The position numbers and the translations under genes were made by a program. A DNA stretch of 63,992 nucleotides, filler included, from Stramenopiles sp. TOSAG23-3 (Eukaryota): the NCBI GenBank assembly GCA_900128585.1. It is 17 parts of 17 records of this genome, joined end to end, with 100 filler letters (N's around TTAATTAATTAA, not from the genome) between each part and the next. Parts side by side here need not be neighbours in the genome. Positions count along the whole stretch, not along the records: positions 1 to 2,158 come from LT645029.1; positions 2,259 to 4,415 come from LT645030.1; positions 4,516 to 6,669 come from LT645031.1; positions 6,770 to 8,922 come from LT645032.1; positions 9,023 to 11,169 come from LT645033.1; 12 more parts are not named here. One strand, 5' to 3'. Below are positions 1-10,230 of this stretch, one piece after another (the stretch's first letter is position 1; each line of letters starts with the position of its first letter). A model generated the notes under the pieces. The model had not been told where the DNA came from, did not search any database, and saw only the letters and a list, made by a program, of their open reading frames with translations.

Positions 1-1311
1 TGGACGATCATACAGGGGGACGGCACGGAGGACCAGCAGGTTCGGTACAAAAAGGACTACCACACGTTCGTGGAAGACTGTGGTTCCTTCAAACGGGAAG
101 GCGACGGCTGCTTCAGCGAGATCGGATCGGTGGTCCAAAATTTTCAGCTCGAGTTCAAATCTCCCTACACGATTGCAGACGAGCATGTGTGCATTAAGGA
201 CACCGTGGGTCCGAAAGAAAACCAGTTCCTCGTCTCAAGTTGTGCGTCCGGAGATGAAAGCGTGCTTCTAGAAGAGTATTGGCGGAATAACGCCAAATGC
301 ATCGTAGTAAACCGTGAGCCCGCTGCGGGGGTTATGAGATTGACGATTGCATGCCAAATACTGTATCCGTACACGGCTGAAGCCAAGGCTACTAAAATCA
401 TCGGTAACGTTGGAGCCTCGACAGCGATTGATCTTCATTACGAGACCGCCATTGGGGTGAACAAATGGACCAAGGTGCACACAATGGTCATATACGAGCC
501 TCAGCCAGATTGTGGGATGGGCAACGATATGTTGTTAACATACAATATCGCGTGCATCGAAGGATCCGTTTGCGAAGAGACGAAGGAAGAGATGACAATC
601 GTGATAAAAGACAACTTTCCAAAGTGCCCAAAACTTGAGAAGGCCGACGTGCCGTTGTCGGGAAAGGTACAGCTCTACAGAAACCGAGATAACGGGGAGA
701 AAGAGAAAACGTTTCACGTTCAGGCAGGTTCTTGGAAGAACAATCTTAAGGTTTATGTAGATTCGTCCATTTGTATTGAATCGTTTGCTATTAAACAGTT
801 GTCTTTGTGCGCCGTTGACAAAGATTCACTAATGTGCGAAGATGGTGTCGAACAGTTCTATTTCATTCAGGATGGAGAATTTGTCCAAAATGAAGATGGA
901 TCCGCTCGCATCAGGAATGTGAAAATGACGGAAGGAGATAAAAGTGACATTTGGAGCGCGGAAGTTTTCCCAGCCCAGCTGAAAGATCTCTCCCAAAAAC
1001 CTGCGCTGTTGAAAGTGCTGCTGACCGAAATTTCCGGTGGTCCGTGTGGTGGGCGTCGTCTTGGGCAAGTGAACGCCACTCACCGTCGGTTGGAGTCTTA
1101 CGACGACCAAAGCTCAGCAATTCCCGTCAGCTTTGCAAAAGAGCAGGACCCTGCGTCATGCCCATCTTGTGCAGAGCAAAGTAGCGATGAAGTAAAGGCC
1201 CTTTCTGACGGAGGGAAACTCGATGGTGGAATCATTGCTCTAATCATCATCTTGAGCCTGTTCGGCGCTGGAGGTGGAGGATACGTATTTCAGCACTTCT
1301 ACGTGTCTTAG
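1..1311 (+). CDS. 5'-partial Cys-rich cell-surface protein with C-terminal transmembrane helix
   Basis: Frame open from base 1 to TAG at 1311. Many Cys, RRL motifs, hydrophobic GIIALIIILSLFGAG near the C-terminus. No family recognised. Confidence 0.65.
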   Translation, partial: WTIIQGDGTEDQQVRYKKDYHTFVEDCGSFKREGDGCFSEIGSVVQNFQLEFKSPYTIADEHVCIKDTVGPKENQFLVSSCASGDESVLLEEYWRNNAKCIVVNREPAAGVMRLTIACQILYPYTAEAKATKIIGNVGASTAIDLHYETAIGVNKWTKVHTMVIYEPQPDCGMGNDMLLTYNIACIEGSVCEETKEEMTIVIKDNFPKCPKLEKADVPLSGKVQLYRNRDNGEKEKTFHVQAGSWKNNLKVYVDSSICIESFAIKQLSLCAVDKDSLMCEDGVEQFYFIQDGEFVQNEDGSARIRNVKMTEGDKSDIWSAEVFPAQLKDLSQKPALLKVLLTEISGGPCGGRRLGQVNATHRRLESYDDQSSAIPVSFAKEQDPASCPSCAEQSSDEVKALSDGGKLDGGIIALIIILSLFGAGGGGYVFQHFYVS

Positions 1312-1669
1312 ACATGTACGAACCGGCGAGATTTTTTTCCTCCGAGGTTTTGAAGTAAGCCGGCTTAGACTTATATACATATATTCTTAAATTAATATTG
1401 CGTTTAAAATTATTTTCTTCAAAAAGTCTCGCCCTTCTTTAAACGTGCGTGCAACAGGCGAACCCGTAGTGTGTTCGCTGTCGCAAACTCAAGCAGCAGA
1501 GGGTTTGCTTTTCCGGTCGGGCCTCGTTGTTCCAAGGCTTGAGATAATAGACGGTCACACAGAGATATAATCGGGGGACTTAATTGAGAGGAAGGGACTT
1601 AAATGAGCGCACCCGCTGCCACAAAAACCCTAGAGGCACCCAGCCCCGGCAGAATGCATTTCATATACC

Positions 1670-2158
1670 CTAGCTGCTTCTCGAACGCCCTCGGAAAATT
1701 TGCCTGGCGAGACGCGGAGGAAGTTGCTTCTCGAACGCCCTCGGATGGTCAGGTGGTAGGATACGTTTAAAAAACGCCAACGTTTCCTTCCCCAATCGAA
1801 GCGCATCGTCATCACGCCATAAATAACTGTACGTACTTGCAAGATTGCCCATGCTCGTTGCAATGTCTGGATGGTCGGATGGTAGGATGCGTTTACGAAA
1901 CGCCAACGTTTCCTTCCCCAATCGAAGCGCATCATCATGACGTCCTAAATCACGGTACGTACCTGCAAGATTGCCCATGCTCGTTGCAATGTCTGGATGG
2001 TCTGGTGGTAGGATACGTTTACGAAACGCCAACGTTTCCTAAAACAATCCAAGGGCATCGTCATGACGTCCTAAAGCTCTGTACGTAATTGCAAGATTGT
2101 TCATGCTCGCTGCAATGTATGGATGGTCAGGTGGTAGGATACGTTTAAGAAACGCCAA
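1670..2158 (-). pseudogene. Kinesin-light-chain-type TPR (42-aa) repeat array, interrupted
   Basis: 126-nt tandem units encoding LAFRKRILPPDHPDIATSMGNLAxTYxxLGRHDDALRL. In-frame TAG at 2039-2041 where sister repeats have AAG. The last repeat breaks into unrelated sequence, and the array runs into the contig end. Confidence 0.65.
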
Positions 2159-2258
2159 NNNNNNNNNNNNNNNNNNNNNNNNNNNNNNNNNNNNNNNNNN
2201 NNTTAATTAATTAANNNNNNNNNNNNNNNNNNNNNNNNNNNNNNNNNNNNNNNNNNNN
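2159..2258. other. Artificial contig linker N44-TTAATTAATTAA-N44 (16 copies in window)
   Basis: Same 100-nt linker, with stops in all six frames, also at 4416, 6670, 8923, 11170, 13417, 15661, 17904, 20147, 22387, 24626, 26861, 29096, 31329, 33562 and 35795. Intervening contigs decrease in length from 2157 to 2133 nt, i.e. size-sorted concatenation. Confidence 0.97.
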
Positions 2259-2544
2259 AAGAAGAAGAAGACGTTGAGTGAGTGAGGAGGAGGAGGGTTT
2301 AATTTGTAAAACTATATTTATTAATAAATATAATAGAAGAAGAATTATTTGTTATTATTTTAACTAAAAATTACCAGAACCAAACAAACATAAACAAGCA
2401 ATTTATATCTATCAAATTGTACACACAAATCGTTTTATTTTTCATTGCTTCATTTCATTCTTGCGAAATTACCGAAATTCTTATTTACTGTGTCCAATTT
2501 TTTGTTCGGAACCACCTGCTACCATAACCACCAAGATTTCAAAC

Positions 2545-3135
2545 ATGAGCTTGCGGGGACACCGAGCGCAGAAGAAAGAGGACTTTGACGACGAGGCGTA
2601 CAAGCTTTTCAAGAAGCTTGGGATTGACATCAACGACACACAGGGTTCGGCCTATGACGACCTGAACGTCATTTTTGTCAACCCAAACACGGGGCACAAA
2701 GTATTTTGTGGAAATATAAATGCAGCGAGTAATTTGTCGATTCTGAAAGCGAATGGGATTAATCACGTTGTCAACTGCCAGGACCCTAGTTCCCAAAATT
2801 TCCACGAGAACAACCAGGCGGCCAACGTCACCTATTTTAGATTTCCCATTGCGCACTGGCACAACAGCAGAAGCGTGCGCCAGGGCCAAGCCTACGATTT
2901 CTTCGTTCCATTTTTTAATTTCGTAGACAATGCCACGAAGACGGGAAATGTCTTGATCCATTGCCTGGCCGGTGCGCACAGGGCCGGTACGAGTAGCGTC
3001 AGTTACATCCTGTACAAGACCCGAACAGACGTCCCGAGCGCGATACGAACCGCAAAGGCACTTCGCCCCATCATTGACCCAATTTATTCCTTGAAGGATC
3101 TGTTGAGGCTGTTGTCCGAAAGCATGCCTCGTTAG
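2545..3135 (+). CDS. Dual-specificity protein phosphatase (atypical DSP)
   Basis: ATG at 2545. VFCGNINAASNLSILKANGINHVVNC and intact catalytic loop VLIHCLAGAHRAG (HCx5R). Confidence 0.9.
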   Translation: MSLRGHRAQKKEDFDDEAYKLFKKLGIDINDTQGSAYDDLNVIFVNPNTGHKVFCGNINAASNLSILKANGINHVVNCQDPSSQNFHENNQAANVTYFRFPIAHWHNSRSVRQGQAYDFFVPFFNFVDNATKTGNVLIHCLAGAHRAGTSSVSYILYKTRTDVPSAIRTAKALRPIIDPIYSLKDLLRLLSESMPR

Positions 3136-3388
3136 TGGCCTCAAGCGCCATCACCGTGGCCGTTGATGCATTGTTTAGTTTAGTCGGCGACATAACCAAT
3201 TTATAAAATATCTCATATCATACATAGGATAAACGAAAAATTGGCTGTTATTTAAGATATAGTATGTTAATATATATATAAAATGTAAATCAACGCAATA
3301 ATGGCTTAAGTTGTTAGCAATACTTTTAAAGTACTCTTTTAGTTTGTTGAGTGCAATACTCCTGTTACGGACATATGTAAATGCCTAG

Positions 3389-3463
3389 AGGTAGTATTTG
3401 ATTTAAAATGAGAGTTTTAAAATGAGAGTCTTAAACATACACTATATATTTTGGTTTTTTTTT
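3389..3463 (+). mobile_element. Family C T-tailed insertion (75 nt) with 13-bp TSD
   Basis: TGTAAATGCCTAG at 3376-3388 and 3464-3476 flanks ...GAGAGTCTTAAACATACACTATATATTTTGG(T)n. Confidence 0.75.
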
Positions 3464-3621
3464 TGTAAATGCCTAGTATCGTCTCACGCAAGCGGTTCAC
3501 ACAATATATAGAATATTAGCGCTGTTTTATTCTCTTCATTTCACTGATAACTTTTATATTAACGCCCAGTACAAAATTATACACGCACTCTAATAAAATA
3601 CAAAAACTGCCCGTCAACGTT

Positions 3622-4077
3622 TCAGTTTTCACCACACGCATCGTCGTTACACGCATCGTCGTTACACGCATCGTCGTTACACGCATCGTCGGTGCACTGC
3701 CTTTTACTATTATCTGGTCTATCGCTTGGACCATCACTATCGTAAGGCCGTTTTTTCGTTGACTGTCCACTTGCTGCATTTTCAAGTATATCACACTGCT
3801 CTTGATATTCTTCATACCTATCAAGCATAAAATTATGGTATTCCTGGATTTTATTAATAGTATGGGCAACGCCAACATCTTCCTGCAACGCTTCAATAAA
3901 TTCTTCGTGGCACTGAATAAATTCCTCTACTAAACCCGCATGGAAGGCTTCTCGTTTCTTTTCCTCATCAGTAAGAATGACGGTGCACCCACTATGAAAC
4001 TGTTGAAAGTCATTGGCCAGAGCCGTAGAAAACGGCACTGTTGGATTGGTATTCTCCGTCGGTCCAATTCTTTGCAT
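3622..4077 (-). CDS. Hypothetical acidic protein ending in DDACN repeats
   Basis: 151-aa ORF. A 15-nt tandem repeat ACACGCATCGTCGTT (3634-3691) encodes about four DDACN units. Confidence 0.45.
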   Translation of the reverse strand: MQRIGPTENTNPTVPFSTALANDFQQFHSGCTVILTDEEKKREAFHAGLVEEFIQCHEEFIEALQEDVGVAHTINKIQEYHNFMLDRYEEYQEQCDILENAASGQSTKKRPYDSDGPSDRPDNSKRQCTDDACNDDACNDDACNDDACGEN

Positions 4078-4577
4078 ACGTTCTGTTCGGGTTACTCCGC
4101 AGGATATTATTATTGGATTTTGTGTGCTAATTCTGACAGAGTTTCACAATTGAAGCATCATTGTTTGAAATATGGAAGATAAAGACAAATGGTAGACCCA
4201 AAAATACAAAAACAACAACTCTTCTTCTCTTGCTTCTTCTTTCTGTATAATACTTTGGTGGTTGTTTTATCTCCTTCCTCTCGTCGTCGTCTCCTCCTCC
4301 GTCCTCCTCATCAAAAAAAACAAAAAATAATAATATTGCGACTATATTTTGAAGAAAATATATAAGTTTATTACGGATGAAGCGACGTTGAGAGATAGGT
4401 ATTAGCATACAATACNNNNNNNNNNNNNNNNNNNNNNNNNNNNNNNNNNNNNNNNNNNNTTAATTAATTAANNNNNNNNNNNNNNNNNNNNNNNNNNNNN
4501 NNNNNNNNNNNNNNNCTGTGGTGCTTCAAGTCAATAATACGAAGAAGTGTTTAAGAAGAAGAAAGGGATGAATTTGT

Positions 4578-4579
<2 letters not shown>

Positions 4580-4617
<38 letters not shown>

Positions 4618-4618
4618 A
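4580..4618. repeat. (GAAA)n microsatellite
   Basis: About 9 tandem GAAA units upstream of the ankyrin-like gene. Confidence 0.9.
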
Positions 4619-5258
4619 TTGCTTCTTCTCTTCAACTCTTCAAGAAAGAATCTTTATTAAATTTAAAATTTAAACTTAAATTTCAATGCTGTGTTAATAT
4701 TAATATTAATTATTTTTTTGTCATTTTGTTCTTTCTTCTTCTTATTCTATCTTCTTCTTCTGATTTCTTTTTTTTTTAAATTATATTTTTTAATAAAATG
4801 TTTTAATTATTAATTACTTCTTCTTTTCTAAGAATTACCTCGACACAGCATGAGATTAAAAGAAGACACGCGTCTGTTTTTCTTCTTCTATCATCTCTTA
4901 TTCTTCTCTTCTTCTTCTTCTTTTTTTTTCTTTCTTTTTTTTTTTTATTCTCTTCCACCACACACCACAACACCACACCCACCACCAAAAATAATAATAA
5001 TAATAACAACAACAACGACGAGACGAAGAACAACAGAAAACAAAGAATGAGGCAGGTCGTGTGTTCAATTTTAACCGAGACAGTGACAGTGTTGAATATA
5101 TTCATGTATATATATAGGAGTGAAATAAGAGAAATGAAAGAAACCAAGGAAAAATCCGTTTTATAACGTATACAAAATAAACTAATATATGGCGTGAAGC
5201 AGCACTTGTAAGGGGTTCGATCCTTTCCTTGGCACAGTAATAATTTTGTACCACAAGA

Positions 5259-6314
5259 ATGAGCAACACTCCCCCTCCCCAGTTTGACACTTCAAAGTAC
5301 TCGAAACTTGCTGTTGCTAAGTACCGTCAGCGTCGCAAGGCTGCTGGGTCAAACCGTGAATCCATTGTACCTTCAGCAACGGGTGGTCTGCCGAGCGGCA
5401 CGGCAGACGATGCAGACGATGCAGACGACGGCTGGGCGAAGAACGGGGATGAAATAGTCCTCGAAAATTTAAGGAGTGCAAAAGCGTTCCGATTTGACGA
5501 TTGGAACAAGAGTGCTGATCTTGTGGACGCGGCGATTGAAGATGAGATGGAGGCGGTGCAGGCCATATATCTGGACAATAATCTTCACATCGATGCTGCT
5601 CTGGGGCGGTTGCAAAATTTTACGATTGTCCACTTGTCCAGCTATTTTGGTGCCCTTCGGTGCCTGAAGTGGGCACTTGCGCAGGGAGGGTCCACAGTGG
5701 TAGTCAACAATGCGGGTCGAAACGCATGTTGGTACGCCAACATGAACAAATCCATGGAATCAAAGATCCAGAAAGAGTTGGGGCTCACCTACCTCTCCCG
5801 CATGCCGGCAGTTAAAAACGGTGTTACTATGGAAGCGTTGGAAGGCCCGTTCAATAGACTGAGCATGCAGAACAATCTCCGGCGTCGATTCGAAGAGCTC
5901 CAAACGTATCAATCCTTGCACCTGGACAAAGACCCCATCCCGCCCGCCCTGGCCGAGGAGTTCTTTGCTGCAATCGCGAAAGACGACGACGTACAGTTTG
6001 ACAAGTTGTTGACCGAGAACAACATTGACATTAATGCGCCAATCATGAACCCCTCCAAGATCTGCAGACGGACTTATTTGCTGCATGAAGTGTACAAAGT
6101 GGGACCTTACAACAAGAAGATCCTGGGGTACTACACCACACGGTACAATATTTTTAATGTCGACCCTGTGCGGCCTACAAGTGAAATGAAGAAACGCGAA
6201 ACGAAACAAGCGGGGCCAAAGGTCATATTGAACCTTGTCGATGGGCACGGGCGAGAAGCGAGCTGGTACTCCTCGCTAGAGTACCTCGAGCTTGCCGTTC
6301 TTGCGCAGAGTTGA
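5259..6314 (+). CDS. Ankyrin-repeat-like protein
   Basis: 351-aa ORF. TIVHLSSYFGALRCLKWALAQGG...NNAGRNACWYA and a second degenerate ankyrin-like block (LNLVDGHGREASWY). Confidence 0.65.
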   Translation: MSNTPPPQFDTSKYSKLAVAKYRQRRKAAGSNRESIVPSATGGLPSGTADDADDADDGWAKNGDEIVLENLRSAKAFRFDDWNKSADLVDAAIEDEMEAVQAIYLDNNLHIDAALGRLQNFTIVHLSSYFGALRCLKWALAQGGSTVVVNNAGRNACWYANMNKSMESKIQKELGLTYLSRMPAVKNGVTMEALEGPFNRLSMQNNLRRRFEELQTYQSLHLDKDPIPPALAEEFFAAIAKDDDVQFDKLLTENNIDINAPIMNPSKICRRTYLLHEVYKVGPYNKKILGYYTTRYNIFNVDPVRPTSEMKKRETKQAGPKVILNLVDGHGREASWYSSLEYLELAVLAQS

Positions 6315-6770
6315 TTCGCGTTTGGGTGCGTGTTGTTGTTGGAGCTGGTGGGCTGCCGCAGCGCAGCGTTTTCTCAGCTTGGAAAAAAAAAAACCTAATT
6401 CAGTTTTCCAGCTTGAAAGAACATTCGAGGTTCACATTCCTTCATGAACTGCGAACTTATCTTTGCTCTTGTGGGTTTACTAAATCGATATAAGTACCCT
6501 TTTTAGCAACAAAAAGATTAAAAACAAGAAAATTGGCTGTTATTTAAGTAATTAAATTTAGCTTCCTAATACCCTAATCCTAGCTTGATTCTGTAATTTT
6601 GTTTCGTTGTTGGTTGTCAATTGTCAATCACCGAGGGGATGATATAATTTCCAATGAATAATTTAAAGANNNNNNNNNNNNNNNNNNNNNNNNNNNNNNN
6701 NNNNNNNNNNNNNTTAATTAATTAANNNNNNNNNNNNNNNNNNNNNNNNNNNNNNNNNNNNNNNNNNNNT

Positions 6771-7640
6771 GCCCCACAGCATGTTGTCAAGTCGACGTCG
6801 GAAAAAATCTTTGCCAGTAAAACGGCTGCAGATAAATCAGGGTCAACCGCCGGTCCGTCTGGTGAAGGATCATCGAAAGTAGACGAGGACACACCCGCAG
6901 ATGAAAAGGTCGAGCTGCAGCGCGCGCATCCTGAACGCGCCCATGGGCAAGACTTGTACGCCCCGTTTATGCAAAACGAAGCGAACCATGCTTCCCTTGA
7001 ATCGATTCGGGAATTCTACGGGCTGAAGAGCGATTTCCCGGTAAAGAACTTGTTTACTCGTTCAGTTGGGGGGAAAATAGTTTCCTACGTAAACGACGCC
7101 GTGCAATATCATACTATGGATTTTGAGCATAAAGGTCGCCGTGCACATTTAGTTAACGTTGGCATTAAAGTGTTTGAAAAGAATACAAGGCCTGGAGTTG
7201 ATTGTCCGTACCGATTGCAGCAGGATGGGATAGGGGCATTGCTGCCACACCTTACCAAACGAGTGATGAAAGTGACTTTGCAAGACATGGCATATCTGCT
7301 ACAACCCTCCGAGCGTGGGTTCCCGCTGATTGCTGTATCAGCACATTCTAAAGAACAGTTTAAAAATGCTGGCCCGGGGTCTTGCGCACTTGTTTTGGAC
7401 ACATCCACCTTCGAGTGCTCCGCCGAGAAGATTCTCGCAGCTGGATTACCGAAAGACTTCCCCATCGTGTGTTGGAAAGGCGAAGTTGCATTGTCTCCGC
7501 TAGTTCACAAACACGATCGAGGGTCGCTTTACAACGTGGTAAAGACGGCAGCACAGGAACTGGGTATGCCGCTTAAAGACCTGAGGGACTTCGTTTACCC
7601 TGAAAAATCAGAATCTGCAGTAGGAGAAGTAAACCAGTGA
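6771..7640 (+). CDS. NSUN2: tRNA (cytosine-C5)-methyltransferase NSUN2/Trm4, C-terminal part (5'-partial)
   Basis: SIREFYGL, LVNVGIKVFEK and CPYRLQQDGIGALLPHLTKRVMKVTLQDM match the NSUN2/NCL1 C-terminal region. Frame is open from the contig start. Confidence 0.8.
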   Translation, partial: APQHVVKSTSEKIFASKTAADKSGSTAGPSGEGSSKVDEDTPADEKVELQRAHPERAHGQDLYAPFMQNEANHASLESIREFYGLKSDFPVKNLFTRSVGGKIVSYVNDAVQYHTMDFEHKGRRAHLVNVGIKVFEKNTRPGVDCPYRLQQDGIGALLPHLTKRVMKVTLQDMAYLLQPSERGFPLIAVSAHSKEQFKNAGPGSCALVLDTSTFECSAEKILAAGLPKDFPIVCWKGEVALSPLVHKHDRGSLYNVVKTAAQELGMPLKDLRDFVYPEKSESAVGEVNQ

Positions 7641-8428
7641 TGATGTGGTGCCCGTTCCCAGCAGCAAGAAACGTAAATTATTTGCCCCAATCAACCACTA
7701 AAAATATTTTAAGGAAGTGATGTATAAAAACACGTACCCCGGTAAATAAAATAATAGAGAGGGCCCCTCCCCTGCTGCTCTGCTGCCCTGCCCTGCCAGG
7801 CATGAAATGACACTTTTATGTATTCCTTGGTAATTTGTTACCGTGGTTGTGGTATGATATGTGGTATTAATAATAATAGTTTGTTTTTTAATAGTAGTCT
7901 CTACCGGAGAATCAAATTTGTTGTACCCATTTTCGTTGGCACACCTCGCGGTTCCCGTTTCCCGTTCCGCAAACTCCTTGAGCGTCGCGAGCGGGAAGTC
8001 GTGTCTAAATGTTATATATATAAATAAATGCTATTATTCAGCATCTTGATAATCTTGTGTTGTTCATTTATCAATCGTTATTACAGGAGGGTATGTTCTT
8101 TATTATAACTCCTCGGTATTACCAGAGGGTATTTTTAGTATTTAAGGAAGGACAATTCGATAGTGAAGGAACACAGACGACGGGCCATATAAAATATGCA
8201 GATACAAATAAATAGCTCACCACACCCCAGCAAAAAGTTCGTTGCAGGAGTCGTCGGAGTAAAAATTGTTTTGTTGGTGGATATATGGTACTATATTTCT
8301 ATAACGCCATTGTTTTCTATAAAAACAATATACACGTGGTCATTCTATTCATAACCCACACGTTAAATGAACGATCTCGGGGAGGAGAACTCAACGAAAA
8401 ATGAGAATTAAATAGCTAAAACGAAAGA

Positions 8429-8922
8429 ATGAAAGGAGTAAAGAAACGCCGCCTGGGCCTGGATCGTTTCAATGAAGGCCAAGTTCCTAGGGATAGGAGT
8501 GGGAAAAAACGCTTTCATGGGGCCTTCTCCGGTGGATTTTCTGCCGGTTACCACAATACCGTTGGAAGTGCTGAAGGGTGGAGCCCGGCACCATTTATGT
8601 CGTCGAGAAATTGTGGCAATGGGGCGCATAATGTTGTTCAGCGAGCTCCAAATTACTATATGGACGAAGAAGATGAGGCGAACATCAACATTTATGCACG
8701 GTCGGATTTCAACTTGCATTTGCCTGATTTAAACCCAGTAGGGATGAAACTGTTAACCAAATCACTGTTTGTGGATACTGTAGGAAAATCGGGAGAAGAA
8801 ATTATTTTTGCGACACCAAAGTCTAATCTACACGGTGTGGGGTACACGGGCGCAATCAAGCTGCATCAAACCTTGTCCAACGAAGGATATAACCATGAAA
8901 TTGTGTCAAGCAGTGACAGCGA
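8429..8922 (+). CDS. GPATCH1: G-patch domain-containing protein 1 / TGH homolog (3'-partial)
   Basis: DUF1604 signature KRFHGAFSGGFSAGYHNTVGSAEGWSP...YMDEED and PKSNLHGVGY. Truncated by the contig end. Confidence 0.85.
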
Positions 8923-9083
8923 NNNNNNNNNNNNNNNNNNNNNNNNNNNNNNNNNNNNNNNNNNNNTTAATTAATTAANNNNNNNNNNNNNNNNNNNNNN
9001 NNNNNNNNNNNNNNNNNNNNNNCGGAGGTAAGGTTTAAATTGTTTGGAGCAGACGATTTGTCACATAAACGTCACAGTAAACC

Positions 9084-9629
9084 ATGTCTTCAAACCAAGA
9101 CTTTGCAGTCCCTAAATTGAATTTACCTGGTGATGAGGCAAATGTCAATCAACGTCCGGGACATTTAGACAGCAAGCGATCGTCATACAAAAGCACCGGG
9201 CGATCTAGGACAAACCGTTCCCAGAATTACCCTTCTAGCAGATCGTATGCTTCTGGAGCAACGGCACGTTCAATGTACGAAAATACTCAGAGTATGACCG
9301 ATTTAGAGAGGTTAAATTACGAGAAGCTGGCCTTAACACGAAAATTGTATGACATAAACGCTTCTATCTTGTTAGCACAGTCAGTCAAAGCATCTCATAA
9401 ATTGGAAAATATTGTAGAAGCGCCTTCCAGAGAAGAAGCGAAGCGAGCATTTTACAGGAACAGGTATGGCACAGTCAGCCAGCAGACTTACGCATTTTCA
9501 CCCGCCGTAAACGATGTCCAAAAGCAGAACCAATTGGCACCAACGGAGAGAAACCGACGCAAGCAAACGGATCTCTCTAGGTACGCTCAAGTCGCTTCAA
9601 AATTTAGGGCGGGATCATTAAATAGATGA
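9084..9629 (+). CDS. Hypothetical protein
   Basis: Complete 181-aa ATG-initiated ORF with coding-like composition. Confidence 0.6.
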   Translation: MSSNQDFAVPKLNLPGDEANVNQRPGHLDSKRSSYKSTGRSRTNRSQNYPSSRSYASGATARSMYENTQSMTDLERLNYEKLALTRKLYDINASILLAQSVKASHKLENIVEAPSREEAKRAFYRNRYGTVSQQTYAFSPAVNDVQKQNQLAPTERNRRKQTDLSRYAQVASKFRAGSLNR

Positions 9630-9851
9630 AAGTTAAGTCTGAGAAATACTTTTGATTCAAAAATTGAAACGGCAGGAGAGTCAAGTGTCAGACAGATGAT
9701 GTCTGTTGTAATTGTTGCGTTTTAATATTTTAAAAAAAAGTACGCGTAACTTCGGAATGATAGAATATTAATCTCTTTTACCAAAAAAAAAAATGCATAA
9801 TTTTTAAGTAAGCGTACGTATGATAACAAAAAGCAATAGAGTCAAAAAATA

Positions 9852-10173
9852 AAAGCGAAAAATTGGCTGTTAATTTAAGTAGTTAAAATTTATCGTCTTC
9901 ATATACTGCGAACTTATCTCTGCTCCTGAGATTTTACTAATCAATATACCCTTGTCACTTACTCTTAACTAAAACAAGAAAAATTGGCTGTTACTCTTAA
10001 CTATCATTCTCATGTGTACTCCATGCATGATCCGAATCGGTATGTCGATTTGCGTCGAAGTCAAAAGACCCGTAGTCAACTTCCTCATCCGATGTCTCAC
10101 TCGTAAATATGAACCTCAGTCGGTTCCTTGTGTGATTTTCCGAGCAGTGGCGTGAATGTTTTAAAGGTGCTCT
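9852..10173 (-). mobile_element. Family A T-tailed element, long 5'-truncated copy with nested 19-nt A insertion
   Basis: Homologous to 26268-26545. Retains ORF end RAPLK...DEEVDY...TDSDHAWSTHENDS* (10173-9997). Nested mini-copy 9972-9990 lies between TTACTCTTAACTA duplicates. Confidence 0.75.
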
Positions 10174-10230
10174 TAAAATATACTCACAAATATTTTTTAA
10201 CCTTTTAAAAATATATTTTGCTTTTACACC

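Noticed and set aside
2039-2041. In-frame TAG as evidence of stop-codon reassignment
   Set aside because: Isolated case in a decaying repeat. Other genes end in TAG, TAA and TGA, and long ORFs are open under the standard code.
4127-5147. ORFs from microsatellite-rich spacers (also 29140-29592, 37386-37640, 59096-59308)
   Set aside because: Low-complexity translations of GAA/TAA repeats.
5143-5234. tRNA-like features (GGTTCGATCC B-box; CCAAGGA/TCCTTGG pairing)
   Set aside because: No D-arm or anticodon arm, weak T-stem, and an AT-rich interior.
6566-6584. CCTAAT/CCCTAA telomere-like words
   Set aside because: Only 2-3 imperfect units, internal to the contig.
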